From: an uncultured Verrucomicrobiae bacterium
Lineage (GTDB): Bacteria; Verrucomicrobiota; Verrucomicrobiia; Chthoniobacterales; Terrimicrobiaceae
Direction: 5' to 3'
DNA: 64,000 nucleotides
Assembly (NCBI GenBank): GCA_963706955.1
Contig: CAVPOC010000008.1
Location: forward strand, 864,001-928,000
Shown: positions 31,795-41,323 of the stretch, piece by piece
Numbering within the stretch: position 1 is the first letter of the stretch
How the letters are laid out: each line of letters opens with the position of its first letter
Translations under genes and position numbers: made by a program
Notes under the pieces: model-generated
Seen by the model: the letters and a program-made list of their open reading frames with translations, nothing else
What the model was told of the DNA's origin: nothing
Database searches by the model: none

Positions 31795-32568
31795 TCATTG
31801 AGCCGTCCAGCCGCCATCGACCATCAGCATGCTGCCGGTGACCAGAGCTCCGGCCGGCGATGCTAAATAGATGACTGCCGCGGCCACATCGGTGATGTTC
31901 CCGACACGGCCAATCGGCAATCGATCGACCACTTTCTGCCGGTAAGCGGGATCGTCCAGGCGCTCGGCGGTTCCCGGCGTATAGATGAAAGTCGGTGCGA
32001 CGGCGTTTACGTTGATGCCGAAAGCGGACCATTCGAGAGCCAGAACGCGCGTGAGTTGATTGACGCCCCCCTTGGATGCGCAGTAAACCGCGTGGTCACG
32101 AATTCCGACCACGCCTCCCTGGGAGCTCATATTTATTATCCTTCCCGAGCGCTGCTCGAGCATGATTCGCCCGGCTGCCTGGCAGCAAAAGAAAAGTCCC
32201 TTCAGATTGACGTTCATCATCTCATCCCAGTCGGTCTCCGTCACATCGATGGCCGGGTGGTTGGCGCCGAGCCCTGCGTTATTCACCAGGATGTCCAACC
32301 GTCCGAAGAATTCCTGAACGGCCCGGAAGCAGGACTTCACCTGCGCCAGGTCGCTCACATCGAGAGGGAATGCTTGCGCGTCACCACCTTCAGCGCGAAT
32401 TTCTTCGACTAACATCTCGAGATCGCTCGAAGAGCGGGCGGCTACGGCCACGCGTGCGCCGGCATGGGCCAACGCCCTGGCGACCCCGAAGCCGATCCCC
32501 TTGCTGGCTCCCGTAATAAATGCTACTTGGCCCGCCAAAGTGAAATCGGGATAGTCCATTTCTTTCAT
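31795..32568 (-). CDS. Short-chain dehydrogenase/reductase
   Basis: TGASKGIG, NNAG, YCASK, VDGG. Confidence 0.92.
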   Translation of the reverse strand: MKEMDYPDFTLAGQVAFITGASKGIGFGVARALAHAGARVAVAARSSSDLEMLVEEIRAEGGDAQAFPLDVSDLAQVKSCFRAVQEFFGRLDILVNNAGLGANHPAIDVTETDWDEMMNVNLKGLFFCCQAAGRIMLEQRSGRIINMSSQGGVVGIRDHAVYCASKGGVNQLTRVLALEWSAFGINVNAVAPTFIYTPGTAERLDDPAYRQKVVDRLPIGRVGNITDVAAAVIYLASPAGALVTGSMLMVDGGWTAQ

Positions 32569-32602
32569 CGCTACATTGGCTTAATCGGCGGAGAAGGCAA
32601 AC

Positions 32603-33536
32603 TTAGCGTTTTCCCGAGTCTATGAACCATTGATAGGCATCGCGAATACCGTCGCGCAGACCAATCTTCGGCCGCCAGCCCATTCCAAACAGGAGACCTA
32701 CGTCGAGGAGCTTTCGGGGCGTTCCGTCAGGTTTCGTCGCATCGAAGACTAAGTTTCCTTCGAATCCCACCACCTGACAAACCATTTCAGCCAACTCGCG
32801 AATGGTTACATCATCGCCGCAGCCGATGTTGATGATCTCCGGCGAATCGTAACGCTCCAAGAGAAACAGGCAGGCGTCGGCCAGATCATTCACATGGAGA
32901 AATTCTCTTCGCGGCGTCCCGGTGCCCCAGACCACCAACTTATCCTCGCCACGCTCTTTGGCCTCATGTGCTTTGCGGATCAAAGCGGGGAGGACGTGCG
33001 AGCTATGGAGGTCGAAATTGTCATTAGGTCCGTAGAGGTTTGTCGGCATTGCCGAGATGAACGTCTTGCCATACTCGCGCGCATAGGCCTGGCAAAGCTT
33101 GATGCCGGCGATCTTAGCAATGGCATAAGCGTCGTTGGTTACCTCGAGCGGGCCGGTTAGGAGCGCATTCTCGCGGATCGGTTGCGGGGCCATTTTTGGA
33201 TAAATACAAGAGCTCCCCAGAAAGAGCAGCTTTCGCGTTCCGAAATCCGCCGCCGCCTCGATCAGGTTATTTTGAATCGTAACGTTTTGCAGCAAGAAAC
33301 TCCACCGGCTGTTCGCTGTTCGCGACGATTCCGCCAACCTTGGCGGCAGCATCAACGACTACCGACGGACGCTCCCGATCAAAGAACGCACGCACGGCCG
33401 TTCGATCCAAGAGGTCCACCTCCGCACGCGAACGAGTCAAAATCTTGTCGAAACCGGCCTCCGACAGCCGGCGGACGACCGCGCTGCCGACCATACCGCG
33501 GTGTCCCGCGACCAAGATGGAGTCGTTAAGTTGCAT
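32603..33536 (-). CDS. fcl: GDP-L-fucose synthase; frameshift near 33297
   Basis: GHRGMVGSA, AAAKVGGI (ORF 33267-33554) + LGSSCIYP, YAIAKIAG, MPTNLYGP, WGTGTPRREF, KPDGTPRK (ORF 32603-33355). Confidence 0.9.
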
Positions 33537-33554
33537 GGATTTATCTGACAACAC

Positions 33555-34448
33555 CTAACACTTTTCGTCGCAGTGAGCGCACTCAAATTGAATCGTAGCG
33601 TGGCCGATACCATATTGATGGAACAATTCTTCGCGAATTCGTGTGAGCAGGGCGTCGTCGAGCGCTGGCGTTCGCTTAACGAGGTGAGCTGTCAGCGCAA
33701 CTTCGGTCGTGCTGAGTGCCCAGATGTGCAGGTGGTGGAGCCCAGAAACTTCGGGCAAGCCTGCGAGATAGGCTCTCACGGCGGCAGGATCGACGGTCTC
33801 CGGCACGGCATCGAGCGAGAGGTTTAGCGAATCGGTCAGAAGCTCCCAAGTGCCGAGTAAGATGACAACGCCGACGAGCAGGCTCACGAGCGGGTCAAGC
33901 CAACTCCAGTTGGTCAGCAGAATCACCCATCCAGAGAGCATTACGCCCGCGGAGACGGCCGCATCGGCGGCCATGTGGAGGAACGCCCCCCGGACGTTGA
34001 GATCCTGCTTTCGTCCGGACATGAAGAGCAGCGCCGTAGCGCCGTTGATGACGATCCCTAAAGCGGCTACCCAGATGACAGTCCCTCCTTCCACTCGCGG
34101 TGGGTCGCTGAAGCGATTGATCGCCTCCCAAACAATGGCGCCCACTCCCACGAGGAGCAACAAAGCGTTGAAGAGTGCCGCCAGGACTGTTGCCCTCTTC
34201 CAACCATAGGTTCGCCGTGGACTTGGCATCCTCTTGGCCAATTCGCTGGCTCCCCAGGCCATGACCAGCCCGAGAACGTCCGCAAAATTATGGCCGGCGT
34301 CGGCGAGCAACGCGAGCGAGTCGGAGAGCCAACCAAAGACGACTTCCAGCAGGATGAAGCCAAGATTCAGCGAAATCCCAATTAGGAACTCGCGGCCGAA
34401 ATCCTTGGGCGCGTGATTATGGCCATGTTCGTCATGGGCGTGCCCCAT
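33555..34448 (-). CDS. czcD: Cation diffusion facilitator (Zn/Co/Cd efflux)
   Basis: His-rich N-terminus MGHAHDEHGHNH, SLALLADAGHNFAD, AFLHMAAD, HHLHIW, HATIQFE. Confidence 0.9.
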   Translation of the reverse strand: MGHAHDEHGHNHAPKDFGREFLIGISLNLGFILLEVVFGWLSDSLALLADAGHNFADVLGLVMAWGASELAKRMPSPRRTYGWKRATVLAALFNALLLLVGVGAIVWEAINRFSDPPRVEGGTVIWVAALGIVINGATALLFMSGRKQDLNVRGAFLHMAADAAVSAGVMLSGWVILLTNWSWLDPLVSLLVGVVILLGTWELLTDSLNLSLDAVPETVDPAAVRAYLAGLPEVSGLHHLHIWALSTTEVALTAHLVKRTPALDDALLTRIREELFHQYGIGHATIQFECAHCDEKC

Positions 34449-34538
34449 GGACAAAGAGCGCCGTGAAACACGTGCGGTGTCAATGGCATTGATCTTCTTT
34501 TCTCCGGACCGTTGCCCATGTAGGTATGCCGACCAGCA

Positions 34539-35420
34539 ATGAATTCTTCCCGGATCAGCTTTCTGCAGCGACTTGGGAGCACGCTCGCCCTCTGGGCCCT
34601 CATCATTGCGGCACTTCTTGCCGGGTCCGAATACGGATATTTTCTCCTGATCCTCTTCGTCGCCATGGCCTCGCTCTACGAGTATTTCCACATGGTGAAG
34701 GAACTTGGAACTTCGGCCTTCACCCTGACAGGAATGCTGTGCGGCGCGATCTACATGATCGGCAGCTTCTTTTATCTACGCGCCCATGGGCCTGACCATT
34801 CCTACGACCTCGAGATGGCAGTCCTCGTCGGCTTTCTCTTTGTGGTCTTCTCCCGCCAGATGTTTCGCGCGTCCGCCGATCGCGACTCGTTGGAAGCGAT
34901 CGCCTACACGGTGTTCGGCCTCCTCTACATCCCCTGGCTCTTCAACTTCCTGACCAAGATCATCTATCTCACGCCACCGACAGAAAACGGGGAGACCACC
35001 GGTCAGTTTTATTTGATTTATCTGATGGTAGTTACAAAATTCAGCGATATGGGCGCATATGTCTTTGGGAGCCTGTTCGGCCGCCACCCGTTTGCACCGC
35101 ACATTAGCCCGAAGAAAACCTGGGAAGGATTTTTTGGCGCACTCGTGCTCTCCTCACTGGGCAGTTACTGGCTCTATGCGCTAATTCCGAACCGACTCTC
35201 CGCATTTCGCCTCGACGACGTGATCGTTTTGGGTTTGCTGCTTGGCCTTGGCGCGGTCGTGGGAGATCTGGCAGAGTCGATCATTAAGCGAAGCACTCAG
35301 GCCAAGGATTCGAGCGCAATCCTGCCTGGCATCGGCGGGACGCTCGATTTGATCGATAGTTTGCTCTTCACCGCGCCCCTCATGTACTTCTATCTGCGAC
35401 TCATTATCGGCGTGTCATGA
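34539..35420 (+). CDS. cdsA: Phosphatidate cytidylyltransferase
   Basis: SDMGAY, ISPKKTWEG, GDLAESIIKR, KDS...LPGIGGTLDLIDS. Confidence 0.93.
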   Translation: MNSSRISFLQRLGSTLALWALIIAALLAGSEYGYFLLILFVAMASLYEYFHMVKELGTSAFTLTGMLCGAIYMIGSFFYLRAHGPDHSYDLEMAVLVGFLFVVFSRQMFRASADRDSLEAIAYTVFGLLYIPWLFNFLTKIIYLTPPTENGETTGQFYLIYLMVVTKFSDMGAYVFGSLFGRHPFAPHISPKKTWEGFFGALVLSSLGSYWLYALIPNRLSAFRLDDVIVLGLLLGLGAVVGDLAESIIKRSTQAKDSSAILPGIGGTLDLIDSLLFTAPLMYFYLRLIIGVS

Positions 35421-36550
35421 GAACGCGCCAGGTCGTTATTCTTGGAGCCACCGGCTCAATTGGCAAGAGCGCCCGGCGGGTTGCCCAGGACATCCCTGAC
35501 CGCATGCAGATCTTAGGGCTTTCTGCCCATAGCGATCGAGATGGGTTAAGGCAGGCTGCCAGCGAGTTCCCAAGCGCAAAAACGGCTCTTTCCGCGGGAC
35601 CAGATGGCGAGAAGCAGCTGGTCGAACTGGCGACGCTTTCCGACGCCGACATGGTCTTGATCGCGATCGTTGGCACGGGAGGACTCAAGCCCGCGCTGGC
35701 GGCTATCGAGGCGGGAAAGGATCTCGCCGTCGCCAGCAAGGAGATTCTCGTCATGGCGGGAGAAATAATCATGGAAGCAGCCGCTCGAAAGGGGGTGAAG
35801 GTCCTGCCGGTTGACAGCGAGCATAATGCCATTTTCCAGTGTTTGGACGGCCGGGGCGCCTCTGCGCTGCAACGGATCATCCTGACGTGCTCGGGCGGAC
35901 CATTCCGTGGCACGCCGCGCGAGGAACTTAATCGGGTCACCCCTGAAATGGCGCTGAAGCATCCGACGTGGTCAATGGGCCGCAAGATCTCGATCGATTC
36001 GGCGACGCTTTTCAACAAAGGTCTCGAGATGATTGAAGCGCGCTGGCTATTTGACGTTCCGATGGAGAAGGTCGATGTCGTCGTCCATCCGCAAAGCATT
36101 GTTCATTCGATGGTGGAGTTCGTTGACGGTTCGCTGCTGGCGCAGCTCAGTCATTCCGACATGTGTTTTCCGATTCAATACGCGGTGACATGGCCGGAGC
36201 GCGTCTCGAATAGCTTGCGTCCGCTCGATCTGGCAGCGCTGGGGCGTCTCGATTTTGAAGCCCCGCGACGCCGCGATTTTCCCGCGCTCGATCTCGCGCG
36301 CCGCGCCGGGGAGATCGGCGGCTCGCTGCCGGCGACCCTGAATGCCGCAAACGAAATCGCGGTCGAGGCCTTTCTCGATCACCGCATTCCCTTCCCGGTG
36401 ATTTGGCAAGCCGTGGAACGCGTGATGGAGGAGTGTCCATTCCTTCCACGCCCGTGCCTGGATGAACTCTTAGAGATCGACCGCAGCGCGAGAGAGTTGG
36501 CGCGACGTGCAATTGATGATTCAAGGGCGCTGAGCGCCTCATACATTTAA
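35417..36550 (+). CDS. dxr: 1-deoxy-D-xylulose 5-phosphate reductoisomerase
   Basis: LGATGSIG, LPVDSEH, SGGPF, HPTWSMGRKISIDSAT, HPQSIVHS, LNAANE. Confidence 0.96.
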   Translation: MRTRQVVILGATGSIGKSARRVAQDIPDRMQILGLSAHSDRDGLRQAASEFPSAKTALSAGPDGEKQLVELATLSDADMVLIAIVGTGGLKPALAAIEAGKDLAVASKEILVMAGEIIMEAAARKGVKVLPVDSEHNAIFQCLDGRGASALQRIILTCSGGPFRGTPREELNRVTPEMALKHPTWSMGRKISIDSATLFNKGLEMIEARWLFDVPMEKVDVVVHPQSIVHSMVEFVDGSLLAQLSHSDMCFPIQYAVTWPERVSNSLRPLDLAALGRLDFEAPRRRDFPALDLARRAGEIGGSLPATLNAANEIAVEAFLDHRIPFPVIWQAVERVMEECPFLPRPCLDELLEIDRSARELARRAIDDSRALSASYI

Positions 36551-36551
36551 T

Positions 36552-38267
36552 TCAGTCCACCGGCGCGTCGACCGACCAAATGCGAATGGCGCCTTTCTTG
36601 CCGCGAATTTCAGTTTCGCCGAGATCGCGCAGTTGGTAGTTCTTAACAAGCGAGAGCCGAGTCGAGTTACTGCAGATAATTCGCGCGCCAAAGCGAGACT
36701 CCTTCGTCAGGCTTTCCAGCCTCGAGGCTAAGTTCACCTCATTGCCGATAACCGTGTAGTTGTTACGCGAGGTGGATCCGACATTGCCGGCCACGACGTC
36801 TCCTGTGCTGATGCCAATGCCAGTGCGAAGCGGACCGAGGCCGAATTCACCCCTCTGCCGATTCAGATTTTCTTCGGCGCGGAGAATCTCCATGGCCGCG
36901 TGGACGGCTCGATCGGCATGGTCAGGGACTTCGACCGGTGCCCCGAAGACCGCCATCACCGCATCGCCTATGTACTTATCGACGATTCCGCCAGCTGCCT
37001 CGACGGCACCGGTTACTTCGGTAAAATAGGCATTAAGCTCCTTGACCAGCTCTTGAGGCAACTGCGTCTCACTGTGCGCAGTGAAGTCGCGCAGATCGGA
37101 GAAGAGGATGGTTACATTTCGAATTTCGCCTCCTAATTCGATTTCCGAGCGCATGAGCTCGCGCGCCACTTCCGGGGATACCGACTTCCCGAGCAGATCA
37201 CGAACCTTATCGCGTTCCTGGAGTCCCACTGCCATCCCGTTAAACGCCGACGCGAGATCGCCAAGTTCGTCCCGTGTTTTTACCGGGACGCGCACGCTAT
37301 AGTCACCTTTGTTGATGCGCTGGACGCCTTGTGAAAGTTCTATCACGGGACGGGTCACGCCACGGGCAACAATCACCCCGGCCACCCCTGAGATCACTAG
37401 CGCGACAATGTTCAGTCCAATCAGGAGTCTCTCAAGGCGCCAAAACGGGGCCATCTCATGTTCGAGTGATGTCAACATGGCGATCGAGGTTCGTCCATCA
37501 AAGTCCTCTGGAAACGGAACCGTCGACCCAAGAAACGGTTTGCCGTTGACCTTTACGGTTTGGACCGCCGCCGTATTTTTTCCGCCAGCGGCAAACTTCA
37601 GGTCGACATGCTCGAGAGCCGCCGTGCTTGCGACGACCTTACCATCGTAGAGGAACGCTATCTCGAAGTTGCTCAGCCGGCTGAACTGCTCGACCAAGGC
37701 TCGATCCAGCGGAAAACCAACCCCAATCCAAACGCTGAGCTCCGGTGCCAGCAACGGATAAATCATCACAAGGTGAAGCGACTCACCCAGCACTTCGATC
37801 TTTGTTGCCTGAAAACTCGGCGAATCTTCCGCACGAACAATCGTTTCTTCGTCGATAGAGAGCTTCCCGGAAACCTCCGGAGGAAGCGTGTCGATGAGAG
37901 TCTCGCCATCCGATGAGACCAGTTTGACGAATGAGGCGATGCCGATCCTGGCTCGATAATTCTGAAGGGCAGATTCCAGGGTGGCCCGTGCCACGGGATC
38001 GTTCGAGTTTCGAAGCTGGGCGACAGTCGAAGCGAATGCATAGTCGCTCGAAAGAAGCCGAACGGACAGAGCAAGCTGTCTCACCGTCTGTGCCACGAAC
38101 TGAATAAAGACGCGCGTCGCTTCTTCTGTTTCCGCGTTGACGCGCTCATGCGCGTAGTTGCGCTCAACCGCCGCGACGAGCAGAAAAGTCACCCCCTGAG
38201 TTCCTGCCAGAAGGAGCAGGAGTATTGCGATCAGTCGCCCGCGAAAACTCGCAAAGAAAGGATTCAG
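36552..38267 (-). CDS. Membrane-bound class III adenylate cyclase (periplasmic sensor, HAMP, catalytic domain); start uncertain
   Basis: Two TM helices flanking a periplasmic domain; HAMP (TRPVIEL...RDELGDLASAFNGM); FSDLRDFT, DKYIGD, YTVIGNEVNLASRLE. Start placed at the CTG overlapping the upstream stop; the ORF track extends to 38399. Confidence 0.88.
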   Translation of the reverse strand: MNPFFASFRGRLIAILLLLLAGTQGVTFLLVAAVERNYAHERVNAETEEATRVFIQFVAQTVRQLALSVRLLSSDYAFASTVAQLRNSNDPVARATLESALQNYRARIGIASFVKLVSSDGETLIDTLPPEVSGKLSIDEETIVRAEDSPSFQATKIEVLGESLHLVMIYPLLAPELSVWIGVGFPLDRALVEQFSRLSNFEIAFLYDGKVVASTAALEHVDLKFAAGGKNTAAVQTVKVNGKPFLGSTVPFPEDFDGRTSIAMLTSLEHEMAPFWRLERLLIGLNIVALVISGVAGVIVARGVTRPVIELSQGVQRINKGDYSVRVPVKTRDELGDLASAFNGMAVGLQERDKVRDLLGKSVSPEVARELMRSEIELGGEIRNVTILFSDLRDFTAHSETQLPQELVKELNAYFTEVTGAVEAAGGIVDKYIGDAVMAVFGAPVEVPDHADRAVHAAMEILRAEENLNRQRGEFGLGPLRTGIGISTGDVVAGNVGSTSRNNYTVIGNEVNLASRLESLTKESRFGARIICSNSTRLSLVKNYQLRDLGETEIRGKKGAIRIWSVDAPVD

Positions 38268-38962
38268 CGGTAGGCGCCTCCCCTTTCGTCCGGAGGCGTT
38301 CTCTGAAAGGCCGGACGCAACTTCATGGTCAGCTCTGCAGAGCTCTGGCTTCCCTCCAAGTTGGCCTGAACCGGCGCGCCACGCAATCGTGGACACCACC
38401 CAAGAATGGACAGGGAGCCGGCCGGGAGATCTCGAAGCACCCCCACGCCTCGCTCATCCGTTCGCGCGAAAAATCCGGAATCCAGCACGACGACATACGC
38501 GGCCATCCAATCATGAATGTTGCAACCCAACGTGACAATGCCGGGACGTTCGAACTCAATAGCTTTGGGCGACTGTCCGATATAAAGCGGGATGTCGAAT
38601 GTCTTCGTCGTGCTAAAGGAATAAACATGATGCTGGACATTATCCCAATTTGGAAAACGCACGATGCTTCCGACGGGGACAATCGTAACGGGCGGAATGA
38701 ACTGACGGTTTTTTTGCACGATTTCCGTCTGAATGGCGGGCAGCGTTTTCTTTTGCGGGCCTTCTGCCCAGATCACCGCACCCTCGACGGGCCGGCCTGT
38801 CTGATCTTTCACGAGAACTTGAACGTCAGCGCCGACCGCGGAGACCACGAAAGCGTACAGAACGAAGAGAGGGAGCCAACCTGCCGGCTTTCCCAGAAGT
38901 GGCCGGAAACCTCGGACGCTAAAATTTGAATCGCAGACCGATTTCGGCAATCTGATTAGCAT
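38264..38962 (-). CDS. Secreted cupredoxin-fold protein ('methylamine utilization protein'-like)
   Basis: Signal-like hydrophobic stretch; QKNRQFIP, FPNWDNVQHHVYSFS, GCNIHDWM (His/Cys/His/Met type-1 Cu ligand pattern). Confidence 0.75.
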   Translation of the reverse strand: MLIRLPKSVCDSNFSVRGFRPLLGKPAGWLPLFVLYAFVVSAVGADVQVLVKDQTGRPVEGAVIWAEGPQKKTLPAIQTEIVQKNRQFIPPVTIVPVGSIVRFPNWDNVQHHVYSFSTTKTFDIPLYIGQSPKAIEFERPGIVTLGCNIHDWMAAYVVVLDSGFFARTDERGVGVLRDLPAGSLSILGWCPRLRGAPVQANLEGSQSSAELTMKLRPAFQRTPPDERGGAYR

Positions 38963-39785
38963 AGTTCAAGCTTCCCCGTTGCGTGAACTCGAAGCGGTAG
39001 GCCATTCGAAGTTTCATCCAAGTCGTCAACTCCTGTTCAATCCCTGCCCGGACGCCGTGCGTCCAGGCATCGAAACGATAGACCATGCGCTCGGCACCGA
39101 AAACGTCAGTCGTTTCTTTGACCTCGGCAATGGCGGCGAGGTCCGGGCGTGGCGGGGTCGCGTAAGAAACGACATCACCATAGCGAATGGAGTAATCCAC
39201 AGACAGCCGTGTCCGCGGAAAGACATCAAACCAACCGGCGACCCGACCTTCCTGCGCGCCGGAGTAGAAGACCGCGCCCTCAGCGAAAAACCACTGCGGC
39301 AGGTAGCGAATGCTTAGACCGCCGCGTTCCACCAACTGCCAGACCAAGCCGATCGAGGGAGAAATTCTCGCCCCCGAAGCACCGGACTGTCCCGATCCGC
39401 GGTAAGCTGTATAGAGGTCGATCTGAAGCCGCGGAGCGTTCCAGCCCAAACCAAACTTCCGATCAACGCCCAAGCGAACTCCACCTTCGATCTGGCTCAG
39501 GCCGGTGAATCGAAAAGCCTGCTCGCCTTCGCTCGCGAGATACGCATGCCAGCGCCAGTCGCGACCCCATACCCCGCTGGTTCCGGCATTGAGGCGCGCA
39601 GTGAAGAAGCCGTCCGCGAGCCGATCACTTGCCAAATTAGAATTGGAAGCATTGCTCTCGTAGCGACCGCCGAGCTCCGCAGAGAATTCCAAGGCGGCGC
39701 TAAGAACGCAGTTGAGCGGCAAGACAACCGCGAGCAACAATCCAAACGTAAGCTTTGGTAGTTTTCTTCCCAGGCCAAGGTGCAT
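38919..39785 (-). CDS. Hypothetical outer-membrane beta-barrel protein
   Basis: Signal peptide, alternating amphipathic strands, C-terminal IGLRFKF (terminal Phe BAM motif). Confidence 0.7.
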   Translation of the reverse strand: MHLGLGRKLPKLTFGLLLAVVLPLNCVLSAALEFSAELGGRYESNASNSNLASDRLADGFFTARLNAGTSGVWGRDWRWHAYLASEGEQAFRFTGLSQIEGGVRLGVDRKFGLGWNAPRLQIDLYTAYRGSGQSGASGARISPSIGLVWQLVERGGLSIRYLPQWFFAEGAVFYSGAQEGRVAGWFDVFPRTRLSVDYSIRYGDVVSYATPPRPDLAAIAEVKETTDVFGAERMVYRFDAWTHGVRAGIEQELTTWMKLRMAYRFEFTQRGSLNYANQIAEIGLRFKF

Positions 39786-40260
39786 ACCGCGTCGCTTCCC
39801 TCTCTCACTGCTCTCTTACATTCGAGCTCGCTGTGTTGTCGAGTGCAACGTATCGTCGGACAATACCGCCTCGAGCGAATGCGTCGATGACTTTTCGGGT
39901 CGCCAGCACGGCCTCGTGCCGCTAGTCTGCGCCCGAGCTCACTACTGCTCATGGCTATTATTAAAGAACTCCGGGAATTCATTGCCACAGGGAATGCAAT
40001 TGACCTGGCGGTCGGAGTAATTATCGGCGCGGCGTTCGGGAACATCGTCAAGTCGCTAACCGAAGACGTAGTCATCCCTCCAATCGGCAAAATGCTTGGC
40101 GGACTCGGCGGATTGAACTTTAAGGATTATTTCATCCCGCTGGACGGACAATTTACTGCCTACAAGACGCTTGAGCAGGCGAAAGCCTCCACTGCGTTAT
40201 TTGCCTACGGATCTTTATTACGATCGTGATCCAGTTCCTGATCATGGCTGCGTGCGTCTT
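39397..40260. repeat. Direct repeat copy A (OMP 5' half, intergenic, mscL 5' part)
   Basis: Colinear with 41324-42205; diverged overall, but 39601-39701 is identical to 41526-41626. Confidence 0.9.
39951..40260 (+). pseudogene. mscL: mscL copy, frameshifted (~40213) and 3'-truncated
   Basis: MAIIKELREFIATGNAIDLAVGVIIGAAFG...; homology to copy 2 stops at ...IQFLIMAACVF. Confidence 0.85.
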
Positions 40261-40318
40261 TGTGACGAAGGCCACGCCGCCGGTTACGCTGACACCCGGT
40301 TGTTAGCGTCAATCACCA

Positions 40319-41152
40319 ATGGCCCGCCTCAAACCAACCGAGCGCGCTGGACTGCCCGACCGCGCCTTCGCGTACGTCGACTCGAAGGGTCGCCGGCGCT
40401 TGCCGATCCACGATGCGGCCCACGTCCGCAACGCGCTTGCCCGCTTCGGCCAGGTCGGCTTCGAGAGCGACGCCGCCCGCGAGCGCGCTCGCAAGCGGCT
40501 GCTCCAGGCCGCCAAGCGCTTCCGCATCGTGCCGATCGGATTCATCACCAGCGAGCTGCAATCGGCGGGCTCCGGGGATCGACGGACCCGCCTCCTGCCC
40601 TCCGGCTTCGTGACGATGCTGATGACCGACATCGAGGGCTCGACCGGCCTCGTCCGTCGCCTGGGTGAGGGCTATCGGGAGCTGCTCGACAACGTGTGCG
40701 TGGTGCTGCGCCAAGCGATCGAGGATGCCGGCGGCCATGAGATCGAGGCGCGCGCGGACGAGTTCTTCGCCGTCTTCGCCTCGCCGCGGGCGGCGGTCGA
40801 CGCGGCGATCGCCGCGCAGTTGGCGCTGCGTGATCGCAGACCGGCCGAGGGGTCGGAGGTGCGGGTGCGCATCGGGATCCACAGTGGATACCCGACATCG
40901 ACCGAAGACAACTACATCGGTCTTGACGTCAACACGGCATCGCGAATTTGCGCCGCCGGCCACGGCGGGCAGATCGTCGTCTCGGACAACACGCGAGAGA
41001 GCGTCAAAGCCACGTCACCAGCCGGCGTGCGGTTCATCGCCCTCGGCACCCACCGCCTGCACGGCCTGTCCGACTCGGTCCCGCTGTTCCAGGTCGCGGC
41101 GAACGGCCTGGCGACCCGTTTCCCGCCATTGCGCACAACCGGCCGTCAGTAG
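40319..41152 (+). CDS. Class III nucleotidyl cyclase with small N-terminal domain (DUF6582-like)
   Basis: N-terminal LPDRAFAY...RRLPIHDAAHVRNALARFGQV; cyclase TDIEGST, EARADEFF, RIGIHSG, YIGLDVNTASR, GGQIVVS. Confidence 0.8.
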   Translation: MARLKPTERAGLPDRAFAYVDSKGRRRLPIHDAAHVRNALARFGQVGFESDAARERARKRLLQAAKRFRIVPIGFITSELQSAGSGDRRTRLLPSGFVTMLMTDIEGSTGLVRRLGEGYRELLDNVCVVLRQAIEDAGGHEIEARADEFFAVFASPRAAVDAAIAAQLALRDRRPAEGSEVRVRIGIHSGYPTSTEDNYIGLDVNTASRICAAGHGGQIVVSDNTRESVKATSPAGVRFIALGTHRLHGLSDSVPLFQVAANGLATRFPPLRTTGRQ

Positions 41153-41158
41153 CATCGC

Positions 41159-41323
41159 GTGGAGTGTGTGTTCTGCTCGATCATTCGCTGGCGCGGCGAC
41201 TGCCTGGCAGGTGTACGAGGATGAATCGATGGTCGCCTTCCTCGACATCGGCCAAGCGACCGTCGGCCACACGCTCGTCGTGCCAAGGCGGCATGCACCG
41301 GATCTCTGGTCGCTCTCTGAGGA
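41159..41323 (+). pseudogene. HIT-family protein, N-terminal fragment only
   Basis: GTG 41159 VECVFCSII, frameshift, then AGAATAWQVYEDESMVAFLDIGQATVGHTLVVPRRHAPDLWSLSED; ends abruptly at repeat copy B before the HxHxH motif. Confidence 0.75.

Noticed and set aside
33555..34691. 378-aa CDF and other N-terminally extended ORF calls (46758-48611, 4890-5687)
   Set aside because: The extensions overlap neighbouring genes; downstream starts match the family N-termini.
38264..38962. Methylamine utilisation function
   Set aside because: No methylamine dehydrogenase or mau maturation genes in the window; only the cupredoxin fold is supported.
40319..41323. Pycsar/CBASS-type anti-phage system
   Set aside because: No cNMP-binding TIR/TM effector or CD-NTase is visible; the fragment is truncated and possibly chimeric.
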